Shown here piece after piece: positions 50,620-61,868 of a DNA stretch of 64,000 nt. How positions within the stretch are numbered: the first letter of the stretch is position 1; each line of letters opens with the position of its first letter. The position numbers were made by a program, and so were the translations under genes. The notes below the pieces were generated by a model, which saw only the letters and a list, made by a program, of their open reading frames with translations, made no database searches and was not told where the DNA came from. Source of the stretch: Naegleria gruberi (Eukaryota); the NCBI GenBank assembly GCA_000004985.1, contig GG738871.1. One strand, written 5' to 3'.

Positions 50620-52839
50620 ATGCTCAATCATCTACCGGATGAAGTTCTTCATCTTATTGGTCAATTTATCATCAGTACAGACCAAGACCTTCTGGAATCC
50701 CTCTACGAAAGACAAATACAACCCTCTTCCTCAACTCTTGCACAATTTCCCTTCCGATCTATTGTCAAGCACTCTATCACAGCTTGCCATTACTACTTTT
50801 TTCTTCTCGGAATGTTGAACAAGGAGTTTCATCATCGAGTCAACAATAATCCATACTTTTGGAAGAGGAACTTATTCTATTTGGATCAATTAACTAGAGT
50901 TAATCAGATTGGACATTTCTCAGCAGACAATGATGAGGATTTATATGAGGAGGAATATGATGAAGAAACGGATGAAATTATTCAAGTATTGGTTAGGGAG
51001 AGAGAACCAGCTAGAGTTATTAATTATAAACAAATTAGAGAAATGATGGAGAAGTGTGAATTGAGCAGAGTGTTTTTAAAAGTGGAAAACAAATTGATTC
51101 AAACAATGGTGGATGAATTTTCAAATTCTTATCATGTTAGGGAGTTGATAATTGATTGTAGGAATGTGGATATGTTTTCAGTGTTTGATTTAATTGTTCA
51201 TCATTGTCCTTTCATTGTGAAGGTGAGAATTTTGGTGGAGACATTAAGAACTGATTGCGTTGTGAAACGAATTTATCAGCAAGACTCTTTAAAAGTTAAA
51301 TGTCCACTGAAACAATTGAGAATTATAAATCCACAAACGAATAATTTAACTGATTCTACTAGGAGAGTATTTGATCAGTTGATGGAAAATTATCTTCCCG
51401 AAATGAGTGATATTGAGGAAATTGCACTACCATTTTGGACACCATCCATACTCGATTCTATATCTTTGAATTGTAGACATGTGAAAAAGTTAATTCTATT
51501 AGGAGAGTTGGCTCCAGGTGAATACAACCAAAGTTTTGAGAATATTTGTAACAATATAGAGGCATTGGAATCTTTTATAATTTCCAAATCTGTAGTGAGG
51601 GGATTTTATGTGGATATTGGACAAGCTCATTTCATGAGAATTCTAACCAAATTTTCAAAAACCTTGAAAGAGTTTGTGATGGGAACCAATCTCTCAAGAT
51701 TTTCATCACCTCGTCCTGAAGAATCTGTTCAATTTGAAGAGGAATTGGCTGCAAACCTACCAACACAATTGGAAACACTCATCATTGAAAATATTCCAGA
51801 TCACTATTATAATTCCAGCACTCCTCTTGCATTTATTAACATTCTTACTAGTTTATTCAATAGGAATCAGACCAATAATTTTCAATTCCATTTCAAGAAT
51901 TTAATAATTGATTTGAATAATTTTCATTTGGATAATTTTAATTCCATCTCTATGAGACATGTTCAAAATTTATATTTGAGATTATCCAACAGTGAGGAAA
52001 TTTTTTTGTATTTATCAAAGAGAGAATATGCTTCAAACATTAAAACTCTGACACTGGATTTGTTTCTCTCCACTATAAGTGAAGCATCAAACATGTTGAG
52101 ACAACCATTCTTCTCTAATGTAGAAAATTTGATACTTGTTAATTATGGAAATTCCTTGACTGATTTGACACCCCTGTCTATTATTCCAAATATAAGGAGT
52201 TTGAAATTAATGTCATATTTAAATCAACCTTATGAATCACTCTACAGTGAAGATATACCTATGAGGAACACATTATCTAATCCAGGAACTTGTTTCATGT
52301 TCAACACTTCACCATCTTTGGAAGAGATTGGGGTATCAATTGATGAAGATTTGGATTTATTTGAGTTGGATATATTTACAAATATCAAATCCATGACAAT
52401 TGATTCACAGTACTTTTATTCAGATATTTTGAGAGTTTTGTCTCCTCTGACAAGAAAATTTTCCAAATTGGAAAGTTTTGATATTTCTATTCACTCTGAT
52501 TTGATAATTGATTGCACTGTTTCAGAAAAATTGAGAATTATGAAGAATATCAAGTATGCAAGTTTATCTATTGAAGGTGATGAAGATTGCAATAATGGAT
52601 TGGAATTGTTAATTTTATTTTATATTATCACATTTGGAGCATTTGTTTCGGATTTCAAATGTCACTCGTTGAAAGAACCTAGTGAGGATATTATTTCAAT
52701 ATTTGATGATATATTTTACAAATTCATCTCAGAGGACGATCATTCAATGCATGAAGAAATTAACCAATCTTTTACAAGACAAATAATTGAACGTTTGAAT
52801 TTTAGAAATTCATCTGATTCAATGGAGGAAGAAGAATAA
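50620..52839 (+). CDS. F-box protein with degenerate LRR-like C-terminal region
   Basis: 739-aa intronless ORF. There is an N-terminal F-box (MLNHLPDEVLHLIGQFI...LLESLY). It starts only 116 nt after the PaiB stop on the same strand. Confidence 0.5.
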   Translation: MLNHLPDEVLHLIGQFIISTDQDLLESLYERQIQPSSSTLAQFPFRSIVKHSITACHYYFFLLGMLNKEFHHRVNNNPYFWKRNLFYLDQLTRVNQIGHFSADNDEDLYEEEYDEETDEIIQVLVREREPARVINYKQIREMMEKCELSRVFLKVENKLIQTMVDEFSNSYHVRELIIDCRNVDMFSVFDLIVHHCPFIVKVRILVETLRTDCVVKRIYQQDSLKVKCPLKQLRIINPQTNNLTDSTRRVFDQLMENYLPEMSDIEEIALPFWTPSILDSISLNCRHVKKLILLGELAPGEYNQSFENICNNIEALESFIISKSVVRGFYVDIGQAHFMRILTKFSKTLKEFVMGTNLSRFSSPRPEESVQFEEELAANLPTQLETLIIENIPDHYYNSSTPLAFINILTSLFNRNQTNNFQFHFKNLIIDLNNFHLDNFNSISMRHVQNLYLRLSNSEEIFLYLSKREYASNIKTLTLDLFLSTISEASNMLRQPFFSNVENLILVNYGNSLTDLTPLSIIPNIRSLKLMSYLNQPYESLYSEDIPMRNTLSNPGTCFMFNTSPSLEEIGVSIDEDLDLFELDIFTNIKSMTIDSQYFYSDILRVLSPLTRKFSKLESFDISIHSDLIIDCTVSEKLRIMKNIKYASLSIEGDEDCNNGLELLILFYIITFGAFVSDFKCHSLKEPSEDIISIFDDIFYKFISEDDHSMHEEINQSFTRQIIERLNFRNSSDSMEEEE

Positions 52840-52894
52840 GACTGAACAATACAAAAAACATTAAGCAAGTGATGAGAAAAATTGTGATACATAT

Positions 52895-53992
52895 TTATCT
52901 AATATACACATCCAATTCTTGGATCTTCTCATTTGGTTTGAAGTCAAACTTGTTAAATATATTCTTATCATTACACAAGTTGGCTACTTCAGTGCTACCA
53001 CCTGGGAAGTTGGTACCAATCAAACAATAGTCATTTCCAACTAAATTACATCCAGCTGTTTCCTTGTGGAAGATTACTCTATTGGACAAATCATTAGTTA
53101 ATCCACTACAGACACCAACCTTACTAATAGTAAGAGAAGCAATATTGAAAGTTGCGTATTTACCCTTTCCGTTTGTTATCATGATTATAGAGCTAATTTC
53201 CTTCAATCCTACCCATCTTTCAATATTGACAGATTCTCCCTTAAAGCTCAATGGTAAAACTATATTTTCGCTATTGATCGGTTCAAATTTACTACTTCTA
53301 GAGGAGACTAAAGTCCAACCTCCTCTCAAAGTGGTCATATCACAATAGGCAATGAATCTATCTGTCTTGTTTTTGATCCAATACTTGCCTGATTTGAGGC
53401 CAGCAACAGTTGCATTGTACAATCTACAAGATCTCAAACCTTCTCCAACAGTGTAAGCTCCATCTACGACTCTCAATCCAATATCATATTCTCTTTCGGA
53501 AACTTCTCCTGTACTTGATTTTTCTTCATCATCACTATCTGTTTGACCTTCTGTATTAACAGTTGGTACAAATTGTGTATTGGATGGTGCTGAAGTTGTT
53601 GTAGAAGCAATCTTAATATTATTGGATGCTGAGGAAGCAGTCTTCATTGATGATGATACTTGACTCAAACCAGGTTCCTTCTTACATAAAACACTCAATG
53701 AATCAACTTGCATCTGCAATGTTTTATCCAATCTTTTATATTCCTTCAAGTTGGCTTCAAAATTCATAGTTTGTTCTCTCAATTCATCCTTCTTGTAGGA
53801 AAACGCTCCCGATCTTCCCATCTCATCAAAGGCTCTCATTAAGATGTTACTCTCCTCTGCGCTTCTCTTAACATCTGATAATTCTTGTTGTTTTTGTTGA
53901 AGGAGATCACAAGGAGTGAGTGCGATGGTCAAAAGAGTGTGAAGTACCAACACGATGGACAAAGCCAACAAGGCCCTATGCAGTGGTTTCAT
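52895..53992 (-). CDS. Secreted fibrinogen-related-domain (FReD; ficolin/angiopoietin-like) protein with N-terminal coiled coil
   Basis: Signal peptide (MKPLHRALLALSIVLVLHTLLTIALT) followed by a coiled coil. The C-terminal domain carries the FReD hallmark (SGKYWIKNKTDRFIAYCDMTTLRGGWTLVSSR...WVGLKEISS). Confidence 0.65.
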   Translation of the reverse strand: MKPLHRALLALSIVLVLHTLLTIALTPCDLLQQKQQELSDVKRSAEESNILMRAFDEMGRSGAFSYKKDELREQTMNFEANLKEYKRLDKTLQMQVDSLSVLCKKEPGLSQVSSSMKTASSASNNIKIASTTTSAPSNTQFVPTVNTEGQTDSDDEEKSSTGEVSEREYDIGLRVVDGAYTVGEGLRSCRLYNATVAGLKSGKYWIKNKTDRFIAYCDMTTLRGGWTLVSSRSSKFEPINSENIVLPLSFKGESVNIERWVGLKEISSIIMITNGKGKYATFNIASLTISKVGVCSGLTNDLSNRVIFHKETAGCNLVGNDYCLIGTNFPGGSTEVANLCNDKNIFNKFDFKPNEKIQELDVYIR

Positions 53993-54665
53993 TTTTTTCT
54001 TAGAGATGATATTAAAATAGGTGAGCAGTAATAGAATTCCTTTTAAAGATAAATCATTACTTAATATATTAAGGTCACGATTCGGTCAATTGTCCAAGGC
54101 AACCTTTTTATTTCGAATATCAACCATCTGACATTCTATTTTATAGCAAGTGTTTATTTGCAATTTTGAGGAAAAAGTCCCTTCTTTTTTTTATCACGAG
54201 GATATCTCATAATTCTGGAAGGACGAGGTTCAATGAAGGATCCAAGCACATGTATAATTTGAAGTTTTTTCAACAATTTACTGTTGGGGAGGGAAATACG
54301 TTGTTGATTAATTTCGAAATCTTCGTCATGAACAGCTTCATTTTCGAAAGACGAAACAAAAATAATAAAGATAAAGAGAAGGGAAAGGAAAGAGATTGTG
54401 ATTAGTTTCATGAATCTAAACGGATTTTTTCTTTTCGTGTTGGTATCATTTGGAGTGTGCATTGAGTCAAGACAAATTTGGACTCCAAAATAAGATTATT
54501 CCCTTAAATGTAAGTTTGAGCTTTACAATTTGGCTCTATATTGAGCTTTTCCACAACTTTGAATGTTCTGAACTGTTGGTCATTCTTTCCAATGCAATTT
54601 GCATATTCAAGATCCTCCAGCCAAACTCGTTTGTTGATACAGAATTATTGGAACAATTTTTGAAT

Positions 54666-55760
54666 ATGCAACGTGATGGAGTTGACGAAAAGTTTATTGA
54701 AATATATGATAGTAGTATGAACTGGTTTGTAAACTTTTTCAAAAAAAAAATGTCATCACTTGATAGCTCTTCCTCCCTTTCGGAAAGAAAATTGAACAAA
54801 CAAGAAGACTGCTCTAAAATTATTCTCTTTGATTTTGTGTGCAATAGTCAATCAAGTTTACATTCCGATAAAGCTCGAAATGATCATCACCAATTATTAT
54901 CACTCCTAAAGAAGAAGATTAGCACGCCTAAAGGCGTGAGCTTTCCACTCGCTACCTATTCATCAATTGATGCTGTTCAAAGTTTGCCAACTGATTTCTT
55001 TTCCTATGAAGTTAAAATTCTCTACAAGTACAATGCCATTCTTTTGGGTGGGAATAACAAGACATTCTATTTATTAGATATTGATACTAGAAAAGTGAAA
55101 CAGATTATTGCTGTGGAGGGATTGAGAGGGAATTGTTTTCATGTGGAGGAGTGTGCTATTGATGGACAGGATTATATTTATGTGACTAGTTGTAATTTAA
55201 TCAAATATAATTTGACCATGTTGATTCAGGGTAAATCATCTCACGAGTGCTTGGTGTGGAGGTCGGATTATCAATTACCTAATTCGTGGGGAGTGGCAAA
55301 TTTCAAGAATGATGTGTATGTGTGTGATTTTGAGAAGGGATTATTGAGATTTGAGAAGAGTAACGGCAAGTTCATTTCTTTAAATCGTGGAAATGGTATG
55401 TATGGTGTTGCCTTCACTCCAGAAGATGAAATGATATTGAGTCATGCAGATCATTTTGAGCAACGATTGGAAATTCATACTATGAATCAGAATGGAGAGT
55501 GGATTTTAAGAAATGTCAAGAAAAATTCAGAAACGAACATCTTTATGGATCCATATAGTATTTTCTATGAACCCATTACACAATACATTTATGTGAGCGA
55601 TTGTACAAATGGAAAGATTGTCGTTTTAGATAAATTATCACTCAATGTGGTGAAAAATATTGAGGGTTTGAGTATGAATTATGCAATTGGTGTAGATAAA
55701 AGGAATGGAAACTTGTATGTTTGTACTGGAAATGGTGGAACATTACATTGGATACATTAA
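54666..55760 (+). CDS. NHL-repeat beta-propeller protein (start uncertain; the open frame extends upstream to 54450 without an ATG)
   Basis: NHL-type blades (DVYVCDFEKGLLRF, GMYGVAFTPEDEMILSHADHFEQRLEIH, YIYVSDCTNGKIVVLD, NLYVCTGNGGTLHWI). An upstream exon may exist. Confidence 0.5.
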   Translation: MQRDGVDEKFIEIYDSSMNWFVNFFKKKMSSLDSSSSLSERKLNKQEDCSKIILFDFVCNSQSSLHSDKARNDHHQLLSLLKKKISTPKGVSFPLATYSSIDAVQSLPTDFFSYEVKILYKYNAILLGGNNKTFYLLDIDTRKVKQIIAVEGLRGNCFHVEECAIDGQDYIYVTSCNLIKYNLTMLIQGKSSHECLVWRSDYQLPNSWGVANFKNDVYVCDFEKGLLRFEKSNGKFISLNRGNGMYGVAFTPEDEMILSHADHFEQRLEIHTMNQNGEWILRNVKKNSETNIFMDPYSIFYEPITQYIYVSDCTNGKIVVLDKLSLNVVKNIEGLSMNYAIGVDKRNGNLYVCTGNGGTLHWIH

Positions 55761-56080
55761 TAGAAAGAAAACTGGACTGTCATAGAACTCGTTCAAATGT
55801 TAAATTATTACTTGTAATATCTTATATGATGTATAGTGTCAAGATGTGAGATTGTTGGATTAATACTATTGAACTATTTTCAGTGGTGGCAAGGCAGTTT
55901 GCAAGTTCCAAACGTGCTTTCCTTCTTAATAGAGTACAGCTAAGGACATTATAATGTATATAGTTGTTAAGGATGAAATAACATCATTCCATCCATCACA
56001 TTTTACAATACTGTCTTTCACATCCTGAATAAATACATCAATTTTTCATTCAAAATTAAAACAAAAAAAATTATTAATCA

Positions 56081-56632
56081 ATGAATTCAGAATCAACTTT
56101 AAGAATGTATGACAGCAATACAGGCACTTATCATTCACAACAAGAACCTTATTTAAAGAAGAAACCCAACTATCTTTATCAATATTTCAATTATTACTCA
56201 ACTAATATTATGCCACAACTAAAATTTGATGGTTCACATCTTTGCCATCCAAATAGATGTTGTAAATGTGCATTTGTTGAATATTTAAATTATGGTATGG
56301 GGAAGGCACAATTGTTATGGAATCCAATAAGAAAATTCCATCAATTATTATTCCATCTACCACTTTACCTTTTGCCATTTATAGGTCTGTTACAGACTTA
56401 TAAAATCCCAAACATTGGCAATGTAGAATTACTTGACAATAGGTTGTTTAAGGACATATTATTTCTCCATTTTGATAATAACTACCAGTTTTGGGAATTG
56501 AAAGTGGTTTTTTGTTGTTTAATCCTAATGCAAAAAATCATTCTTCAACCAAGCCACATTCTTCACATTACATCAATTCTGATTGAGGGTCCAAATAACT
56601 TTTCCAAATTCATAATATTTTCCCAAGAATAA
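56081..56632 (+). CDS. Hypothetical ORF (183 aa), weak support
   Basis: ATG-initiated ORF in an otherwise ORF-poor 1-kb interval. It has no recognisable domain and has hydrophobic segments. Confidence 0.25.
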   Translation: MNSESTLRMYDSNTGTYHSQQEPYLKKKPNYLYQYFNYYSTNIMPQLKFDGSHLCHPNRCCKCAFVEYLNYGMGKAQLLWNPIRKFHQLLFHLPLYLLPFIGLLQTYKIPNIGNVELLDNRLFKDILFLHFDNNYQFWELKVVFCCLILMQKIILQPSHILHITSILIEGPNNFSKFIIFSQE

Positions 56633-56849
56633 TTATTCTTGTTCAAACTGACTTCGAAGTCCACAGTTAAATCAATGAATATCAATTCATGATCAACTCT
56701 ACCAAAGTTAATTACTTACATTAATTCCAAGGATTTTTGAAAAATAAAATTTGAATTTGATAATAATTTATTATATAGATTAGAATAACAAAATGGAAAT
56801 TAATTTAGAAGTAAACTTCTTTTATTTTGAAAGAGATTTTCATGACCTC

Positions 56850-57644
56850 TTACTTGGAATTTCTCCATTTATTTACATTCAAACCAACATTAAAAAGATT
56901 CAAAGCTAAACCTCTGTAAATTGGTGGAACGAGAAGAAAATTGAAAAATGTGGAGAATGGTTGGATTTTCAAGTTATTCATGTGATATTCCTTGTATTCT
57001 GAAGTGAGTCGTGACTTGATTGTTGTTGCCCATGCATTAATTCTTTCACCAATTGATTGATTGAGTAGTGACTTGTCAAATATGAAATCTAATGTTGTGG
57101 AACTAATGAAATAGACGCCTGTCATTAGAAGTGCATAGCTTGATTGTTCGATGAGTACTCGTTTGGCACTCCAGACCAAACGTTGTGGAGAAAATTTGGT
57201 CAACCATTGCAAGTTGATTGTATGTGGCGAGTATTGAACTATTGAGTTGGTAATTCCCCTTGTCAACCCATTATTTGATAAGAGAAGTTGATTATTTGTT
57301 GATTTTCTAAAGAATGGTGATGGAACCTTATCAATATGAATCTTTGGAAGTGGCAGTGAGTTGCCTTTGACATTTGGCACAATCTTATCCAAAGCTCTAA
57401 ACCAATAATGAAGAGTTGGTCCCAACACACATACTCCATATATAAAAGACTTTACAGAACGACTATAATCATGTTGATATTGACCCTTCTCTGTTGAATT
57501 ATTTTGCAAATAATTTGCATGTTGAATAAAAGCATCACTGACAGTATAACATGTGGCAGCTGTTAACCCCTTTGTTATGAGTGGTCTTTTAATGAGGTTT
57601 TGAGAATACAAAGACCATCCCTTACTAAACACATTGTGAAACAT
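56850..57644 (-). CDS. Mpv17/PMP22-family peroxisomal/mitochondrial membrane protein
   Basis: 264-aa ORF. The N-terminal YSQNLIKRPLITKGLTAATCYTVSDAFIQ and the C-terminal FNFLLVPPIYRGLALNLFNVGLNVNKW match the Mpv17/PMP22 signature. Confidence 0.6.
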   Translation of the reverse strand: MFHNVFSKGWSLYSQNLIKRPLITKGLTAATCYTVSDAFIQHANYLQNNSTEKGQYQHDYSRSVKSFIYGVCVLGPTLHYWFRALDKIVPNVKGNSLPLPKIHIDKVPSPFFRKSTNNQLLLSNNGLTRGITNSIVQYSPHTINLQWLTKFSPQRLVWSAKRVLIEQSSYALLMTGVYFISSTTLDFIFDKSLLNQSIGERINAWATTIKSRLTSEYKEYHMNNLKIQPFSTFFNFLLVPPIYRGLALNLFNVGLNVNKWRNSK

Positions 57645-58043
57645 TTAGTTTTCCAATTCGAATTTATCAGAATTAATCAAACTCTCAAAGTCAGCCCACT
57701 GAGTTGTTGTTTTCTTGTTTTTTTCTAGTTGAATTTGTGTCGAGTCTAGTGAAAGGAAATGGTATTTAAGAGAGTACGGAGAACGGACAAGGTACGTAAA
57801 TACGTTCTTGAATTTTACTTTCTGCGTGTCCATAGCTGCTTTTCACTGTTATGGCTTCCTATCCTTTTTTGAAAAATGCGAGGAAGTGGAATCTGCACAG
57901 TACTCAAGTGAGCGTATTATTAATAGAATGCGCCATCATTGAGGAAGTTTACGAATTGAGGAGGGTGTACAATTATGAAATGGTGATTGGAAATTTCTAA
58001 CATGTGTTTACGCCACTTATTGAAAGTCAACAGTCAAAGTGAA

Positions 58044-59375
58044 TTATTGTTTATTTGCTGATGATGATGGTGCAACACTACCCGATCTACAGTACGATCC
58101 AAAATTGAAAATGAGCATGAATGATAAAGCCAATAGATCAGCAACCTTGTTAGGTTTGCAGTCTGGATCACTGGTCATGATTAAAATTCGGGAAATGAGT
58201 GCAGAATATTCCATTGAGGCTCCCATTATGTTAAAATGAGTAGAATTGGTCTGAGTACTTCCATCTTGGAATGACAAATCAGATACTGGAACACACTTAA
58301 TTTCTTGCAAGTAGACAGAGAGGAGAGACATACAAAGTGATCCCATCATGGTCTTATCTTTGGCAGTCACCAATGAATGAATAAATTGGTGAGCTAGCTC
58401 CCTATCGTCCAATCTATCGAGAACATATCTTGTAAAACCTAACTTCTTCTCTAAATATTGGGCAATTATTGGTCTTCTCTTGCAATAGTCTTCATCTGAT
58501 TCGAATTGTTTTGGTTTGGTAGCCAAGGATTCAGAAGAAGAGGAAGAAGTAGCACCTCCTTGGCTAGTGGTTGGTGCAAACTGAGGAACACCCATCATTT
58601 GAGGATATGAATAGTAATCGTATGATTGAAATACAGGAGGTGCAAAGTAAACTGAAGGTGTATATGCTTGAGGAGTGCCACTAGTACTCTCTTCCTCTTG
58701 AAAATATGAATTCATATCTGGAGAAATATTCTCAGCCTTTCTCTTCTTATTCCTCTTCTTACTTGAATCAATGTCTACTGAGAGAGCAGAATCACTGGAA
58801 AGCCTTGTAGTTTGCTCCACTCTTTTTGGAGGCGAAGTTTTCACACTTTGAGAATTTGGTGAAGGCTTTTTGGTGGCTGCTGATGAGGAAGAAGCAGAAA
58901 CAGGTGTTGGAGGAGGTGATCTTCTTACTGGTTGCTTGCTTGTTTTGATTGGTTGTTGAGTTGTCTTTTCAATTGAACTATTACCATTATTCACTAATTG
59001 AATTAATGTTGATCCAGCACTGTTTGAACTAATTGTGGCTACTCTTGCATTATTTGTATTACTAGTATTATTGGTAGTAGCAGCAGTATTATGAGAACTA
59101 GTTATAGTACCATTTGATAGAGTAGTATTGGTGCAATTCTCCATTCCGCCACTTCCTTGAAGGAGGCTAGTGAATGATGTTGTAGATGAGGCAATAGTGG
59201 TAGAATTACTTGCACCACTACTTGAACTCGCATTGGATGATCGTTGAATAGTAGCATTGCTATTGGTGCTGTTTGGAGGATAAGTCAAAAGTTTAGTATA
59301 TTGTTTAGGCTTGGCATCATTTGAGCTGAGTGCTGTAGTTGTTGAAGGGAATGGAAGCATGTTGCTTTTTTTCAA
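58044..59375 (-). CDS. Ser/Thr/Asn-rich low-complexity protein with about 150-aa structured C-terminal domain of unknown function
   Basis: 443-aa ORF, mucin-like or disordered for about 290 aa, then RRPIIAQYLEKKLGFTRYVLDRLDDRELAHQFIHSLV.... Confidence 0.4.
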   Translation of the reverse strand: MKKSNMLPFPSTTTALSSNDAKPKQYTKLLTYPPNSTNSNATIQRSSNASSSSGASNSTTIASSTTSFTSLLQGSGGMENCTNTTLSNGTITSSHNTAATTNNTSNTNNARVATISSNSAGSTLIQLVNNGNSSIEKTTQQPIKTSKQPVRRSPPPTPVSASSSSAATKKPSPNSQSVKTSPPKRVEQTTRLSSDSALSVDIDSSKKRNKKRKAENISPDMNSYFQEEESTSGTPQAYTPSVYFAPPVFQSYDYYSYPQMMGVPQFAPTTSQGGATSSSSSESLATKPKQFESDEDYCKRRPIIAQYLEKKLGFTRYVLDRLDDRELAHQFIHSLVTAKDKTMMGSLCMSLLSVYLQEIKCVPVSDLSFQDGSTQTNSTHFNIMGASMEYSALISRILIMTSDPDCKPNKVADLLALSFMLIFNFGSYCRSGSVAPSSSANKQ

Positions 59376-59622
59376 TTTGAAAAATTCAATAGTGTGAAAA
59401 GGCTAACTATATGAATGTCGTAGGCTGGTTGTTTCAAGGCTAAAGTTCAACAGTCTAGCCTTTGATAATCACATTTCACAAACAATCATTCAGTCTAAAA
59501 TAGTCCAAATTGGGAAGTATTGAATTAGATACAAGAATGAATAGGGAGATTTTCCAAATTGGTTGCAATGATGATGATGTTTCTTCTTCATACACTCAGT
59601 TTGTTCAGCTATTCGAAACAAA

Positions 59623-60228
59623 ATGGTAGAACATCCACAAGTAGTAGAATTCAGTTTTGATGGAATAAGATACCTCATCAAGGACCATGAGAAAGTCAAA
59701 AGCCTTTTCAATGAATACTTGAATGGAACCAACACTTCACAAACTCACAAACGCCAACTCGTCAAACAATTCACCACAGAAATTGTCAAGCATGCTTCAA
59801 GTGAGGAAAGATATCTCTATCCAATCCTTTTAGAAAAGATGGGAAATGAACAAGCCAAACTCTTGTACAATAAGAATTTGCTAGATGATTTGATTACAAA
59901 GGAAATGTTACGTTTCTTCGAGACGAGTGTAATTCGTAATGACTTTGATTGGCACGTGTTTGATAAGGCTGTTAGGAAATTCATCGAGATGGAACTTCAT
60001 CACATTGAAGAGGAGGAAAAGGATGTTTTTCCGATTATTAGACAATCACTTAATGAGGAAGAATTAGCAACACTAGAAGATGCAATTAAATGGGCAAAAG
60101 ATCACGGGCCAACTCACCCTCATCCGATGGAGAGTATGACAAATCCACAAGCTGCAATAACTCATCCAGTTACAGGACGTTTGGATCGCTTACGTGATGA
60201 GAGAGAACAAAATGCAATGAAGGATTAA
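59623..60228 (+). CDS. Hemerythrin-like (HHE cation-binding) domain protein
   Basis: 201-aa intronless ORF with the His/Glu ligand pattern of hemerythrin-like domains (IKDHEKVKSLF, HASSEERYLYP, ELHHIEEEEKDVFP). Confidence 0.6.
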   Translation: MVEHPQVVEFSFDGIRYLIKDHEKVKSLFNEYLNGTNTSQTHKRQLVKQFTTEIVKHASSEERYLYPILLEKMGNEQAKLLYNKNLLDDLITKEMLRFFETSVIRNDFDWHVFDKAVRKFIEMELHHIEEEEKDVFPIIRQSLNEEELATLEDAIKWAKDHGPTHPHPMESMTNPQAAITHPVTGRLDRLRDEREQNAMKD

Positions 60229-60637
60229 ATCTGTACATTTTTTTATATTTTTTTCTAATTTTTCAATTCATCAAAAATCTCACACCAAAATCTTTCATTA
60301 AGCAAGTCGAAAACAAGAACCAACAACCTGAAGAAGAATAACATTTGAGTTGTCTTTATTGGAGTGATGATGCACTTTGGCAATGCTTGAAAATCGATTT
60401 TCATTAAACAGAATCCTCAATCAAAATCAATATATAATGTCTACTAATAAGTTTTTAAAAAGAGCACTTACGAACAAATATTTCATCCAACAAAACACAA
60501 GATAAAAACAATAACAACAACATTGCAAATTTTCTTCTTTACTAGACCGGAATATCATCCTCTCCTCTGTGACTACCTATAAGTGGTAGAAAAAGTAATC
60601 AACAAGAACGAGATCAAATTCTATTGCTGATTAAAAA

Positions 60638-61824
60638 ATGTATCAAAATGGCTCTAATCAACCCAGTCCAACAACCAACAATAATAATATGGGTTTTCGG
60701 CAGCCACGAAATATGAATAACACTAGCAGCAATAGCAATAATCAGTATATTGGTGATATACCATATGGAATGACGGAACAAATGATGATGATGCAACAAC
60801 AACAACAACAAAATAATCAATTACCTCCCTCACAACAACAACACTATTCACCGAGAAGTCCCTCATCTCCAATTCTCTATGTTCATCATTCACAACAAGT
60901 ACAATCACCACCACCACAACAGCAATTATATAATAATATGGCAATGCAACAAGGTTCATTCATGGGTAGTGGAGGAGGAATTGTATATAACCAACCTCAT
61001 CCATCACAACAACAAACTAATAATTACATTGATGATGGAAATTTATCGGCAACAGGAAGTGTTGGTTCAATGAGAATGGCTCCTAGTATAGGTATTCGTC
61101 CATCATCTAATACTTCATCTTATTATGCGGAATTGCAAATGGAATCACAAGCCCTTTCTCAACAATTTGAAAAACTCAAAGATCAACGAGTAAGTTTTTA
61201 ATAATAATAATAGGAAATTAAATTGAATATATTTAAATATTTAGAATCAAGTGAGAAATGAATTGGGACATTTGGAGGAATTAATTTTCAAATATCAAGA
61301 AAGAAAGAGCATGATGGAAGATAAGGAAAGGAGATTGGATAAACTACAACAAACAATACGACAGAAATGTAGGTTTTTGTTCATGATTTGAAATTATTCA
61401 TACAATTCATGATCTGGTAAATTTGAAAATTAATCAATGAATTCCGATATAATTTCATATTGTATTATCATATTATCATGATTGAAAAACAATTTTAGTG
61501 AAAGGTGTACAGGAAAAGATTTTCAAACTAGATGAGAAAACTAACAAGGGTGAAGAAATCAAGTACAAGGCTCAATTTAATGGAAAGATTAATAATAATA
61601 ATGGAAGAGGGGATGAAACAAATAATAATCAGGGATCATCCCCTGCAACAATACCCGAGGAGGAAATTACTAACAACTTGACTAACAATAATCAAATTTT
61701 GGAATCAATTACCATTTCAGATGTTCAATCTGAAGATGATAATGAATCACAAAATTTAGATGATATCATTAACGAGGATATAGACGATGATGCTTGGAGT
61801 ATACGAGTGGAGGAAGTGATTTGA
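60638..61824 (+). CDS. Q/N-rich prion-like protein with coiled-coil and acidic C-terminus, 3 exons
   Basis: Exon 1 is 60638..61189 (donor GTAAGT). Exon 2 is 61245..61368 (acceptor TATTTAG, donor GTAGGT, phase 1). Exon 3 is 61499..61824 (acceptor TTTTAG), with the frame maintained. The N-terminus carries a Q/N-rich region with a Q6 run (MMMMQQQQQQNNQ). Confidence 0.55.
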
Positions 61825-61868
61825 CTAGTGTTTCTAGAGTTTCACTTCCAGCCAACATTTATCATCAA

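Noticed and set aside
54154-54462. Small minus-strand ORF with a signal-peptide-like segment (MKLITISFLSLLFIFIIFVSS)
   Set aside because: It is short, without conserved features, and lies in the 5' region of the NHL-repeat gene. It may be a small secreted peptide, but the sequence alone does not support calling it.
57645-57833. 62-aa ORF immediately upstream and in frame with the Mpv17-like gene
   Set aside because: It is separated from the Mpv17 start by a stop codon, and the Mpv17 N-terminus already matches the family from its own ATG, so an N-terminal extension is unsupported.
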